From contig NW_003314275.1 of the NCBI RefSeq assembly GCF_000143415.4, positions 1,121,955-1,185,954 on the forward strand: a DNA stretch of 64,000 nucleotides. Direction: 5' to 3'. This DNA comes from Selaginella moellendorffii (taxonomy: Eukaryota > Plantae > Lycopodiophyta). Position numbers and translations under genes: made by a program. Shown here in pieces: positions 11,773-25,129 of this stretch. The notes beneath the pieces were generated by a model that did no database searches, was not told the DNA's origin, and saw nothing but the letters and a program-made list of their open reading frames with translations. The first letter of the stretch is position 1. Each line of letters begins with the position of its first letter.

Positions 11773-14700
11773 ATGTGGCGATGGCTGTGCCGACGCGCTC
11801 CACGAAGACAGCCGCACCATTTTAGATCGGATCCAGTAAGAGTTATAACTGCTCTAGAGCGCACCCAGGTTAAGGTCGAAGTTTGCAGTCAAGTCAAGGT
11901 GGACAAAGGCGCTCCTCCTGCACAGGCCAAGTTTTTGGATCTGCCTGATGATCTTACCGAAGGCTCGGGGAAACCAAACCGAAAGCTTCTAATCCGCAGC
12001 TGCTACAGTCCCATCTTTAATCTCGTTTGGGAGCACAATGAGGTGGAAGCGGAGAGCTTGGATGTTCCTAATGCAGGAGTAGTCTTGCTGGGGAATCCAG
12101 GGATAGGGAAGATGGGGTTTTTGTCTGTCACTATGGAAACTGCTGGCCAAGAGGCACAACATCATCATAAAGCTCCCTACTATGGATAACTACGTATTTG
12201 TCCCTTGGAAGCACGACCAGGTTAAAGTGGAAGGGCACGGTGGTGTAGGTGTGCCCTAGTGGTACTTGGCCAGCCTCAAATTTGTAGAGCAATTAAGTTT
12301 AGTATTTTGCAAGGCAACCTTTCTTTTTCCTTCATGATGGGAAGGGTGAATATTACAATAGTCCTTCATTGTGCAAGATAAAAATTAATTTATACTTCCT
12401 AATATATAAATATTTATATATTAAAAATGTTTTTAATACAACTAATTCAACCACACAAAATCCTTCTTTCCTTCTTTGGATGCCATCCATCATAAATATG
12501 CCCCTAATTGATTTTGTTCTAGTCATCATCACCATTTAAATAGATGAATATCAAATCATCTAAAGTTTCAATATTTAGAGAGCATCTTGAAATAGTTTTC
12601 AGCTGATTTTAATAAGAAAATCCATATTCAGCACAAGTAGTGCTCATAGGTATAAAAAAATGATTTTCCACAGTTCCATCGATGTATCTATCATGGAAAT
12701 ATTATTTGTGCATATCTGCTATTTTTGTTGGTAGATTACTTTGCATAATAGTTATAAATATTGTGTGCTCTACTTTACATTTTTCCCTATCAATAAAAGC
12801 ACTAAACTAGTTCAGTAAGATATCTAGCCATTTGTAAGCGTTGTTATCCAATTCTTCCTCATAATTTGAGTAATTCTTTGAGTTGAACAGTTTTATAGCA
12901 TTAAACATACTTATATCCTTTCCCATTTTGGCTAGCATATTAACATATAGTTTCTGAACACACTCCTTGCTTAAACCTAAGCAAGAGTTCAAGTTACCAT
13001 TTCTTTTGCTCTCTGGAATAGAAATATAATCTAAGGCATGTTTATGCTGTTCCCCTCTAGTATCTACAAACTTGATAAATCCATCTTTAATAGCCTCCAC
13101 AAAATTACTGAAATGTTTCATACCAAAAATCTCTTTTAGAAATTTTCTTTTGATACTTTTTAAAGTACTATCTAAATACTCAACAATGCTAGCAATATCC
13201 ACAGTTTCAACTTGAAAGATTTTGTTGAAATTATTCAATTCCAAAAGTATATCAACTAGCATATGGATAGCAAACCACGAGATAACCAAGATACACCATG
13301 AATTTGAAGCATACCTAATGTAGATATATTCATAGCATCTTCCAAAAGCCTAAAGGCCAAGAAACATGCAACCATTTATAGATTTAATTGCATAGCTTTT
13401 CAACAACCACAAGCTCAAGAAATGCATGCATAACTCGCTATACATTTTATCCTTTGTTTGCCTTCAATATCTACATCCAAAGAAAACTAAGTTACCACTT
13501 AGTTCTGAATGCTCTATTCTTCTTCCTCTTCTTATTGGTTAAAGTATCAATTTCTTCTTTTGTTGTTGAAAGATCTCCATCCTCTGATTTGATTTTAGGT
13601 CTTTTTCCAGAAAGGGAATCATGAAGTGGTTGCCTTGCAATATCTTGCTGATCTATCTTTTTTTTTTCCCTCCTATTAGCAATAACAAAGAATGTTTTAA
13701 TCCCATGTTGTTCTATTGCTACTGCCCTAGATCTAATCCATGTCAGCTTGGCTATTCTTATAGTATTCTTAATAATATTCAATAGAATATTATCCATACT
13801 GCAATGTATAAATTTTCTTTGCCCTGCAAGTGGCAATGCTAAAATATTTCTGTACTTCATCAGTGCAAAGTGAAAATTGAATACGTCCTTCAAATAGGAA
13901 GGCAAATTAGAAACCAGTCTCCAAATGCAAGGTAAACATGCCTTTGCAGGGCTTTGCAAGGTGCAAATTTGGCTAATATGTTCATACCGAAAAGGGAGTG
14001 GAGTTTGTACTGCAGGTTTTTGCTCACGTGCTCATCAAAGAAGGTTAATTATTACGAGTTTGCAAAGGCCAGCAATGTGTACATGCTGTTCAATCCCATC
14101 TGGACAGAAGATGAGCTTCTGGCCCTCAACGAGCACAACTTTGGACATGATCCAGAGGAAGTGCGGAAACACTTCCTCAAATGGGGTGGTACGCCTCTAT
14201 ACGTGCTGGAGAAGGTGTGGCTGGAAGCGCAGGCAGAGATAAGCCATGCCATTGGACTGGTCAGAGATTTTGACAAGATTATAAAACTCCAGGCACTGCC
14301 GGACGATCCAGCTCACAAGCTATGTTGACGAGACGTTCACATCTTCCCGTTTGGCTCCTGCCAGTGCATATGTTGAAGAGCAATTGCTGTCAAATCTCCC
14401 ATTACCACGATTGAAGCATTTCTTGTCAGTGGAGCAACCAGATGGTATCTGGGATATCCAGGCAATGCTGCTAGAGAGCTTTGTTTGCAACATACTCATT
14501 CCCAGGGGTGGCAAGTTACAATACAGGGAGCTGCAACAAGATGGGGAATTCGGACCTGTTTTGGCAGGGAGCTTCCCTAAGGTTGGTCCAAGGTATCATC
14601 TGGAACGTAGAGGAGGTGGACATGAGGCGCAGCAAATTCTATTAGACCATAAGAATGTGCTCTTCAAGCCTTCTTCAGCCAGGAATGTGGACTGGGATTT

Positions 14701-15020
14701 CATTGTCAATGGAAGTATATATCAGGTAACCATAACAAAGAAGTGCGCCTTGGTGCTCAGGCCAGCTGTTGAGAAAGCACTGGACTTCCTGTGAGTTTAC
14801 TATGGCAAAGGGAAACAAGTTGACTTCTGCATACTGGTACCGCACTTCAATCTGACATTGACTGGTTCGGTACCATCAAGCTGGAAAAGAGACAAGACAA
14901 ACAAGGAATGGTCAATGAAATGATGTACAGAATCAAGAAGTTGAACGTCAAGGTGAAGTTAGTGTTGCTAGACATTGGTGGCATTTGCCCGGCTTACATA
15001 GGGACAGGTGTCATTGTTAA
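11773..15020 (+). pseudogene. Crinkler/RHS-like P-loop NTPase + restriction-endonuclease-fold gene copy B, interrupted by a hAT remnant
   Basis: LLIRSCY motif and Walker A GVVLLGNPGIGK (11773-12240). Resumes at ~13950 with LLTCSSKKVNYYEFAK..MLFNPIWTEDEL and FLKWGGTPLYVL. C-terminal LESFV...DWDFIVNGSIYQVTITKK. Frameshifts near 12135, 14328 and 14794. Confidence 0.75.
12240..13940 (-). mobile_element. hAT-superfamily (ZNF862/Zisupton-like type) transposase remnant
   Basis: Reverse strand 12540-12660 reads FFIPMSTTCAEYGFSY*NQLKTISRCSLNIETLDDLIFIYLNG, a hAT C-terminal dimerisation motif. ORF 12807-13289 has DILLELNNFNKIFQ. TIRs and TSD not resolved; boundaries approximate. Confidence 0.7.
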
Positions 15021-15099
15021 AGGAGACCACCAGGACGATATCATGTCTTCTATGTGCATGTCTAGGACTTAATACTCAAAGGCTATGTAGGACATCCAT

Positions 15100-15738
15100 C
15101 CGGGCATGCACGATGATAATGGATGAGACACATGCGATTCAATGAGATGGTTTTCAGACTTTGGTATTGTGCCCGGGATTGAGCATTACAATTGCATGAT
15201 TGGGAAAGAACTTATGGAGACCATGCCCTGTGAGCAGGAGGCAAGAATTTGGATGACTTTTTTCTCTTCCTGCAGGAAGCATATAAATGCTGAACACGGA
15301 AAATACGCTGCAGAACATATATTTACCATCGACCTAAACAATGGCACCCCGTACATTATCCTCACGGAGATATATGGGAAAAGTGGAAGGATATATGAGA
15401 TTAAGAAAGATGGTGAAAGAGAAGGGCTTGAAGAAGCTCCAAGTTGGTGGAAAGATGCACCCATTTCATGTGTGGGATTGGTCTCATCCTAATATAAAAG
15501 AAATACAAGGTGAGCTCACGAGGTTGGTTGTGAAAGAACTTTTGGCACGCCAATTGCAACAAAGAGGAGAAGGTTGCAATTGCATACCATTGCTTCAAGA
15601 ATTTCACAAACCTAGTGTTCTTGTCAGTAATAACATGGAGATTGCCATGCCTCATTTCTGAAAAAGAAAGAGGATCTTGGTCAAGATGGTCAGCAACTTC
15701 ACTGTTTCAAAGGTGGCTGTTCTTGTGATGCATGGTAA
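15100..15738 (+). pseudogene. PPR E/E+/DYW-class C-terminal fragment
   Basis: FGIVPGIEHYNCMI...MPCEQEARIWMTFFSSCRKH...PYIILTEIYGKSGR. E+ segment FHVWDWSHPNIKEI. Terminal HCFKGGCSCDAW*. Frameshifted, with the N-terminus missing. Confidence 0.8.
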
Positions 15739-16423
15739 TTTTTGCTGTTTTATGTTCCACAATATATTCTAAATTTTTTAAAGTTCAGTTTTGACAATCT
15801 CAAATTTACCCAGTGGTAAACAGCAGATTGTAGCCAGGTCTCGAGAATTTTTAGGCTCTGCGACTTATAATATTGAGAATAAGCGACAAAGCACGTCACA
15901 GACTCCATTCTTGGTTGTTGCAGCATCCGACTCCTTACTCACACCTCGATTCACTGGCCAGGGCAAGCACTTGCATTTGTTCAGAACTGGTGATGATCCT
16001 TGACACTGGGCCTGGACTTAAATGAAATTCTCAAGACAGCCACATTAGCAAGTTAAACTGAAAATCCTGCAAGCACTCTCGAGAAAGTCGAAGATGTCAA
16101 CCATGTTATCAACATGTGCCCCACATACAATCACATGCCGGTGCAATGGGGGTCAAATCTGCATGTCTGTGGGCAAACAAACTCTGTGCAAGGGCAACCA
16201 TCATCTCACTGGTCTAATGTGGGAGGGGGCACGGTGAGAAAACATGAATGAATGAATGAATAAATGAATGATTGGGTAGAATTACTATTTATCTGCTAGA
16301 GCTTGATGGGGGTCGGATAAATTCTGGTTGCAAAACCATAGGCGCAAAGATTTATTAGCTTATGTAAACTTAGTTGACAAAATAAACTTTAATAAGAAGC
16401 TGAGCAAATTAAATATATAATAT

Positions 16424-16530
16424 ATATCTCTTTTCTCTTTTCTTGTGTGGCACCTAACTCTCCGCTTCTTTTCAACCTCTTGGAAAGAAGTGTAAAATTA
16501 GGTGCCACATAGGAGAGAGAAAAGAGATAT
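16424..16530. repeat. Inverted repeat / MITE-like hairpin upstream of DRM
   Basis: ATATCTCTTTTCTC..TGTGGCACCTAA (16424-16457) pairs with TTAGGTGCCACA..GAGAAAAGAGATAT (16498-16530). An inner CTTCTTTTCAA/TTGGAAAGAAG stem is also present. Confidence 0.75.
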
Positions 16531-16775
16531 TTATTAAATTTTAAAGATATCAAATTTAAAGATACAGCCGAATAATACAATCCATTATTACAATTAATTA
16601 AAAGGGACAGAAGGGCGGGAAGAAGTTAAAACATGGTGTAAATTTATAATTTTTAATCATGTAATATTTTTTTGTAATGCAAACCTATTAACATTTGCAC
16701 ACTCGTCGGCGGTTCCAATCTCCCGCGACACCTCTTACTGGGAGCCCGAGAGGTTTTGTTTTCGTCGCTCCAGCC

Positions 16776-18855
16776 ATGCTTGTCGAGTATGGCTCCTCCT
16801 CCGAATCCGAGGACGAGTACGATGACTCGCTATCCTTCTCTTTCGATGTTGAGGACGGTTACAAGGTATTGGATTCTCCCTTGTATTCTTGCCCTCTTTT
16901 CAATCTCTTTTTCACGATCAGATGGCTGACGACACCGCGAGCAGCGCGATCCCTCGATCCAGCAGAAACGAGCTGCGGGCGATGGGGTTCTCATCATCGC
17001 TCATCGATCGCGCCATGGAGATTTCGGGTAATCCTCAGCTTTTTTCTTCCTGGAGCTTGACTCTTCTCTAGATTGCGGCAGCGTGGAGGATCTCGCGTCA
17101 AAGATCCTCGCAATGCAGGTAGGCTCCAGAGTGTTTTTTCCTTCCTTTTCGATGGACAAGGTGATCATCGCAGGAGCACACCTCTCTCGAAGATATTTTC
17201 AGGGGCAAACTTTCGGAAGAGATGATCACGAACGCTCGCAAGGAATGTGGTAAGCGAGCTTTTCTCTTACGTTGTTCTTTCTTTTCTTGTGCTTTGCAAG
17301 CGAAGCTTATGACTTACATTCCCTTTATCTTTCTTTTTCATAGGTGCCAATGCCCAAGACTCAGCCATAGCTGATTACATTTTTTCGCAGCATCCAGATC
17401 TGCTTCGAGCAGAGGTAAGTTCGCGACAACGTTTTAGTCGTTCTTCATTTTTCGTTTTTTTGCGTAGGAGGCATCGGACAAACATCTACATGGTAGACTC
17501 AAATCCATGGGCTTTTCAGACGAGCAGATAGCGAATGCGCTCGGATTGTTCGGTAACCGATGATCATGCTTGCTACTTTTGTATTCATTGATTTCTGTAG
17601 GAAACGATGCGAAGCTCGAGGACGTCGTCGAGCATATCTTCGCCAAGGAAGCCGCACCACGGCTTGAAGAAAAACCAGACCTTGCAAGGATCTACCGAGA
17701 GTGGGACGAAGAATCAAGGCCAGGAAGCAGCAGCCGGAGAGTTGACACCACGGACGGGAAAAGGAAACGAGAAGACGATACCTTCTTCGCCAACTTCGAC
17801 GACTTGGAGGACAACTTCGATGGCTTCCTGCCGGAGCAGCGAAACCAAGGCGATGGGATGGGCTTTGGCATACCGGGGCAGCCACCCAGATCAAGAACGC
17901 TGCCATCTTCCAGTCTCCCTCCACCGTTCTTCTACTTCGAGAACGTAGCGGTCATGCCTCGCGGGAGCTGGGAGGACTCGACGGCATCGAGCCAGAGCTC
18001 GTCAACTCCAAATGGTTTTGCGCTGCGTCCAGGCCGCGAGGCTACGTCCACAACCTCCCCGTCAAAGGAAGAAGGGCGCTGCATCCGGGACCGATGACGA
18101 TCCAGGAGCTCGTCCCAGGGATGGAGAACGTCCGGCCGCCGTGGGACAAGCGCGTCAAGCTCAACTGCATCACCACCTCGAGCGACCGAGCTGCTCGCGT
18201 TCAGGCCAGCGCCGAGGCGTTCTACAACGACGACGACGTCGATCCTCAAGTCTTCCTCGACATGAAGAGAGCCAACCTCGTCTGGCGCGGCCGGGGGATC
18301 CTGGCGCCGCTCGAAGTCCAGGAGCTGGAAGTAGTGCAAGGCTTCGACGTCGGGCACACGAGCTCCGGCCAGTCCCCGGCCGAGCGGATCAAAGCTCTCG
18401 GGAACGCCATGCAAGTCCACACGGTGGCATGGCATCTCTCGGTGCTGGGGGAGCTCTTCCCATCCGGTATCCGGGTCCTCTCGCTCTTCTCGGGGATCGG
18501 CGGCATCGAGGTGGCGTTGGAGAAGCTCGGTATTCCAATCAAGTTCCTCGTGAGCGTCGAAACCAGCGCGGACTGCCACCGAGTTCTGCGCAGCTGGTGG
18601 CATAGAACCAGGCAGCGAGGAACACATATCGTCTTGGGCGACGTGACGGAGCTGTCTCGAGAGAGGATCGAGGAGCTCGCTGCTCGAGCCGGGGGTGGCT
18701 TCGATCTGGTGGCCGGTGGAAGCCCGTGCAACAACTTCTCGGGTAACAACAGGACTTCTCGGACTGGGATCACTGGCGATAAGTCGCGGCTCTTCTTCGA
18801 CTACGTGAGGATTCTCACCACGGTGAGAAGCATCATGGCCAAGTCGGCGTCGTGA
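16776..18855 (+). CDS. DRM: DOMAINS REARRANGED METHYLTRANSFERASE (DRM2-like) with UBA domains; one frameshift at ~17976 (possible pseudogene)
   Basis: Multi-exon N-terminus with UBA-like LRAMGFS and LKSMGFS. Rearranged motif order: PPFFYFENV (VI), RPRGYVHNLP (VIII), ALGNAMQVHTVAWHLSVL (X), VLSLFSGIGG (I), GGSPCNN (IV, catalytic Cys intact). Confidence 0.92.
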
Positions 18856-18899
18856 TCGAATCCACCAGGCAAGTTCTTTTTTGGTCGCGGTCTTTGCTA

Positions 18900-19550
18900 C
18901 AAGATTTTCCTTTTTTCAGCATGGCTGCCAAATCGTTTTTTGATCTAACTTTGACAGATTTTCCAGCTTTGTGGTAATACTTTGATAACTAGATCTTTTC
19001 TTTGGTTTGATCTTCGAGATTCGGATTGATCTGATCACAGAGACGCATAGAAAAGTCGTGTTTTCGTCCAGGCCGACTCTTTGACGAAATTTTCTTTTCT
19101 TTTTCATCATGTGATCTTTGCAAAATCGTTTTATGATCATAGCGAATTTGACACGATTTTCGCACTGAATCTTTTCTTCGGTTTGAACTTCGAGAAATTG
19201 ATTGATGTGATCACAGAGACGCATGGAAAAGTCGTAGTTTTCGTGAACTCTTTGACAAAATTTTCCTTGTGATCACGGCGTTGATTGACAGTTTGCCAAG
19301 ATTTGTGACGATTTTCGTTTTTTGACCGCCGAATCTTTTCTTTGGTTTGATCTTCAAGAATTTGATTGATGTGATCATAGAGACGCATGGACAAGTCGTG
19401 GTTTTGCCGAATCCAAGCGGTTCTTGACGAGATTTTCTTTTTCTCACCACAGCAAAGTCGCGATCCCTTCAGAAAAATCGTTTTTTGATCACTAGTAAAC
19501 TAACATTAATTTTCGAGCTTGGTGACAAACTTTGATCACTAAATCAAAGA
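18900..19550. repeat. Imperfect tandem repeat, 3-4 units of ~165-176 bp
   Basis: Anchor GATCA(C/T)AGAGACGCAT at 19033, 19209 and 19373, with shared flanking TCTTTTCTT(T/C)GGTTTGA motifs. Confidence 0.75.
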
Positions 19551-20120
19551 ATTTTCTTGAGTGGAACCATGTGAAACACAGCTACGCACTTCTTGTACTT
19601 TGTTCTGTCAATCAATCAATCATGCAAATCGATCCAAACGCTTTACATCATTGTTTTCTTCAGTGTGCTCCAATTCATCTATAACTTTACAAAAGAAAGA
19701 GAGTAATAAAACAAACGAGCAGCCACTGCACGCTTCTTCTTCTCCTACAACATGAATGAATCAAAAATGGAACCTGGGTGGATCAAACTCTCGCGTATCT
19801 TCGTCTTCACCATCTTCTCGCAGAGAGAAATCTCTCCACCAAGCTCAGTAGCTGCTCAGCGTAATCGCTCGTCATCGTTCGTAGTCGTCATCATCGTACA
19901 AATCCTTGGCCCTGTCGTCCCCGGCAGCTCTGCGAGCGAAGAAATCCACCATAGAATAGTGTGAGCTATGCCGCAAAACGAAATGGCCCGACCGAAAAGA
20001 AACAAGGGGGAAGAAAAGAAAAAAAAAGAATAGTATGTGCCTCGAATCCAAAATGCTTTCCCGTGCTCTGTACTGTGTGTGGGTGTGTGTAGTTTTGGCC
20101 ATGCGTTGCCTGTTCGAAGT

Positions 20121-21676
20121 TTAGGGAGGACCTGCTCGACGATTTCCTGTGCTCCAAATTCTCTCTTCGTCCAGTTCTTTGAGAATCTTCTTCATCCAAG
20201 TCTTCTTGTCGCTTAAACCTGCTAGATGGACCATGAAGTCCCCCTTGGCATAAACTCCTGGACGAAGAAAGTGTCATGAGAATCTCGCAATGAAAGAAAA
20301 GAGAGAAAGCTCTTACCATGCCAGACCGACTTTGTCCACGAGATCAAGCGATGGCCGTTCTTCCAGGAGGGTCTCCACAAGTTGGAGTTGAAGAGGCACT
20401 GCATAGGCGCTACGCGTACGTGAGTCCTTTTCTCTGCTGCATCCATGCTCCGGATTAAATGCTTCAGGGCGTCGTTGTCGCCGCTTTTACTGTGGCCGAA
20501 GGGTTTAATAAACGCCGTCTGGTTCCACCACAGTTCCAGAAACTGTTGACTCCACTCCGAGTTGCGGAAGAAAAACATGCCTGCACGGGAAGAAACAGTG
20601 GGCTTCAGGACACGGTCTCCGAGAAAAGAGGCAGCGTAAGAACAGTGCAGAAGGTAAAACAATAAAAGGAAAGTGGTGTGATGCTACTATTCGCGACGAG
20701 ACAAAAAGGAAACAATTTTACCTGCATTGACGCCAGTAACGTCTTCCGTAACGATGAAATCTGGCATGTCTTGAAACTCCACGTCGCCAACGACCGAATT
20801 CACAATATCCTCCTGGTAAGTTACGCAGAAAGGTCAGTTAAGTTTCTTAGCAAGCCAGAAAAAAAAGAAAAAAGAAAAAAGCTAGAGCGTAGTGCTTGCT
20901 TGATCACACTAAAACAAATGCCTTGAGTTGCGAGATCATGATGCTTACCAGAGAAATCGTCGGATTAGTCACTAGAGAATCCTGGAAGAAATCCATCACC
21001 AGCACGGCAGCGAGCACGAAGAAAAAAAAGAAAACATTAATATCAGTAAGACACGAGTCGCGAGAGATAAAGCAAGAATCGTTCTCACCGCGTCATTCCA
21101 GAAGACCCACTCATAGCTCGCCAAGTGCTTGCGTACTGCGAGGATCTTGCTCCAGCTGGGAGGCCGGCTCCTGTCCAGGCAATCGCTCGCATCGATGAAG
21201 TCATAACCGTGAAGATCCACATACGCCCTCTTGTTTGGCGTCACCAGCTCCATGAGCCCCTCGAACGATCTGTGCGGGACGCTGGAGGAGCCATCGGAGC
21301 ACGTCACCATGGCGAACCTATACGTGCGTGAAGAAGGAGGAATCATCGAGGACGAGGAAGCGGCGACGCACTGGCGGCCCAGATCGTTGGCCCTGAGCAG
21401 CAGCACGCCCGATCCATAGATGAAGGCCGAGGAGAGGAGGAAGGCCACGGCGGCGAAGAGCAGCAGCAGGCGCGCGAAATTGAGCGACGAGACGAACCAG
21501 CTATGCCGGAAATCCGCGTCTTGGAGGAGGAGCCTCTTGGTGTCGGCGTCGGTGTAGCGCGTGCTGGCGCAGTCCTTGAGGACCTTCTTCTGGAAGAAGA
21601 TCGTGGATTCCCCCGGGCAGTCGGATTCATTCCCTGTGACATTCCTCCGCTGGGGGCAAATCCCACTCACGCCCAT
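20121..21676 (-). CDS. Glycosyltransferase family 34 (GMA12/MNN10-like galactosyl/mannosyltransferase), type II membrane protein, spliced
   Basis: N-terminal TM segment (LLLLFAAVAFLLSSAFIYG). NKRAYVDLHGYDF, RPPSWSKIL, YEWVFWNDAD, GMFFFRNSEWS, GDFMVHLAG motifs. GT-AG introns. Stop at 20121-20123. Confidence 0.88.
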
Positions 21677-21994
21677 TCCCGGAAGAGCCCAAAAAGGCCC
21701 AAAATATTTCCACCAGGAGGGTGAGCAAAGAGGGGGGGAGAAATCACTGCCGCGCTGCTGCCCGGCCGCGCAATCGGTGCCGCCGCCGCTCCTCCTGTGC
21801 AATCTTTGCCCCGCTAGGAACCATAAATCGCGAAATCGAGCAGGAAATCCCGATGAACAATGCCCCCCGGGAGCTGCGAATGCTAGATCCAATGTGGAAG
21901 CGATGGAGCTGCTTATAGGCGGATAGACGCCAAAAATCACACCTTGGAGACTCCGAGCTATGGCGGAAGCGTCGATCCTGTCGCTGGGATCCCG

Positions 21995-22570
21995 GAAAAC
22001 CCTATAGCCCTAAATGGGAAATAAGAGAAGGCAAGGTAAGATGGAAGAAATATTCGCCTGGGCGTGGCCGAATATGCTCCATTACCTCGTTGGCACGCTG
22101 ACGCGGCATAGCGCCAACGGTAGGATCCAGTTAGGGCGTGACTAGGTCAAGACGACATGGATTTACGCGCAGTCTTCGTCTATGTTGTAGGCGAGGACGA
22201 AGCCCTTTGGGAATTTTCCAAAGCTTTTAAAAGTTTTACGCGACCATTTCCACGAGGCTAGGAGGAAGAGAAGATTCAACGCGTGTCTGACAGACACGTG
22301 GCCGGTGAATAGTCCGAGCCGTATACGTCACCGTGTCCACTACGCCGGGCTAACAAAACAAGGAGAAATCTGTATTGTTTGGGGATTGTTTTGTTTATTA
22401 GGGCGCTCATGCATGGTTTCTTTGGATTGCCCGCCAATGAATGTGAGTTGGAGGAAGATGCCAAGGCATGCTAGGCTGGGACAGCCAAGGGGCATATTCC
22501 TGGCATTGTCCACCTGGCGTTTTAGGGCAATTCCGTGGTTTAGGGTTTAAGCCCGGGATTTTAGGGTTCT
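21995..22570. promoter_or_regulatory. Divergent promoter between GT34 and COQ5 with telo-box motifs
   Basis: AAACCCTA at ~21997 and TAGGGTTT at ~22541, between head-to-head ATGs at 21676 and 22582. Confidence 0.4.
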
Positions 22571-22581
22571 TGGACAGGGGC

Positions 22582-23843
<1,262 letters not shown>

Positions 23844-23914
23844 TATTTTCTAGACAAAGTTTTGGAATAGTCGATTAGATTTTATTTACGTTAGAGACGA
23901 CTGTTAAGGGACAA

Positions 23915-23995
23915 AAATTCGTGGATCTCGAGAAATTCTCTGGCCATGGGTGGAACTGGTCTCCAATTCTTGGAGAGCTGCTGGAGTGATGGCTG
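23915..23995 (-). pseudogene. Inverted 5' fragment of a CYP paralog of the 35676 gene
   Basis: The reverse complement has TCACTCCAGCAGCTCTCCAAGAA and CCATGGCCAGAGAATTTCTCGAGATCCACGA, matching 35820-35935. Confidence 0.65.
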
Positions 23996-24332
23996 CTCTA
24001 CCCTGTTTTACATACAACAATTGTTGTTGAAGAAGTCACAATGTAGAGGAGCATGAAATATTTGAACTAGTGATATAGTTGAGTAAGGTAGCATCTATTG
24101 ACAAGTTATGCCGCTCCACAATAGCATCGCTCATGGTTAGCTGCAAGACAAAGTCATAGTCAATAAAAGTCAAGGTGTTGAATTCAACTGAGCTACAGGC
24201 CTTGTAGCAAGTGGCTCCATAATCGGGGATAACCATCACTTTTTCAAATGGAGAATGAGCCCCAACAGGCGCTGTGGTGAGTGCTCCATCTCTTCGAGTC
24301 AGTGTTGGATCTGTTTGTTTGTCGCGCTTAAA

Positions 24333-25070
24333 AGGGTGAGTATGAAACACGCAGATCATCCGGGACGTGCTCTTGAGAGATTCCGAGGCTGGCCAGGTTG
24401 TGGGAGTGAGAACACACTTGAGGGCGCTAAACAAAGTAAGTCTTATTCATAAGGATGCGAGTCGTGACGTTGTTCAACATCATGGATCGCATCCTTATGA
24501 AGAAGACTGACATTGGATCCAAGGCCTCGGTTTTCATTGCAATGATTGATGAGTTCCTCGAGGTGAGAGCGCTTTCTTGATCACTGACTACTTGAGCTAG
24601 CTCGATTTGGTTGCCAACGGGAAAGGATGCACAGCTTTTTGCAAAATTTCCTAATTTCGTGGAGATCACAGAGTTTTGCTCTTGGTATGGGAACTTCGAG
24701 ACTTCGTATTTTTCTATGAACTTGTGATTCTTTTGTGATCCTAAGGATCTACTTGTTGCTGGATCTGAACATCACCACAGTGACCGAGTGGGCTTTGGCA
24801 GAACTTCTTCCCCACCCAGACTGGATTATCAAAGCTCGTCGTTGGACGCAAACACATGGTCGAAGAGCCAAGCTTGATGTTTTAAATGCCATCATTAACT
24901 AGTCTCCATCCTCCTTATTTTCTTGCTCATCATGACGCATCAATCGACGCCTACAAAGTTGCCCGGCTATGTGAATGCCTATGCAAGACTCAAGTTTGAG
25001 TTTGGAGTGATCCTATGGAGTTCTCGCCCCATAGATTCAGACTGCGAGCTGTTTCCATTCCTCTGGGTCT
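24333..25070 (+). pseudogene. Cytochrome P450 pseudogene (copy of the 35676-37216 gene, with intron)
   Basis: Colinear with ~36070-37030, including the intron (GTATGGGAACTTCG...TTTTGTGATCCTAAG) and GATCTACTTGTTGCTGGATCTGAA. Riddled with deletions. Confidence 0.88.
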
Positions 25071-25129
25071 TTGTTTTTTCTTGGAAAGTTGGAAATAAAA
25101 GATTCGAATTAGAAGACCGCCCTCGGGTG

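Noticed and set aside
17932-18773. Antisense and alternative-frame ORFs over DRM (similar ones over PPR, IQD, ClpB and HAD)
   Set aside because: Shadow ORFs caused by GC-rich codon usage of the real genes, with no motifs of their own.
16776-18855. Bacterial-type restriction-modification pair (CR nuclease next to a C5 methyltransferase)
   Set aside because: The methyltransferase is a canonical plant DRM with UBA domains and introns. A PPR remnant separates the two genes, and nothing beyond proximity links them.
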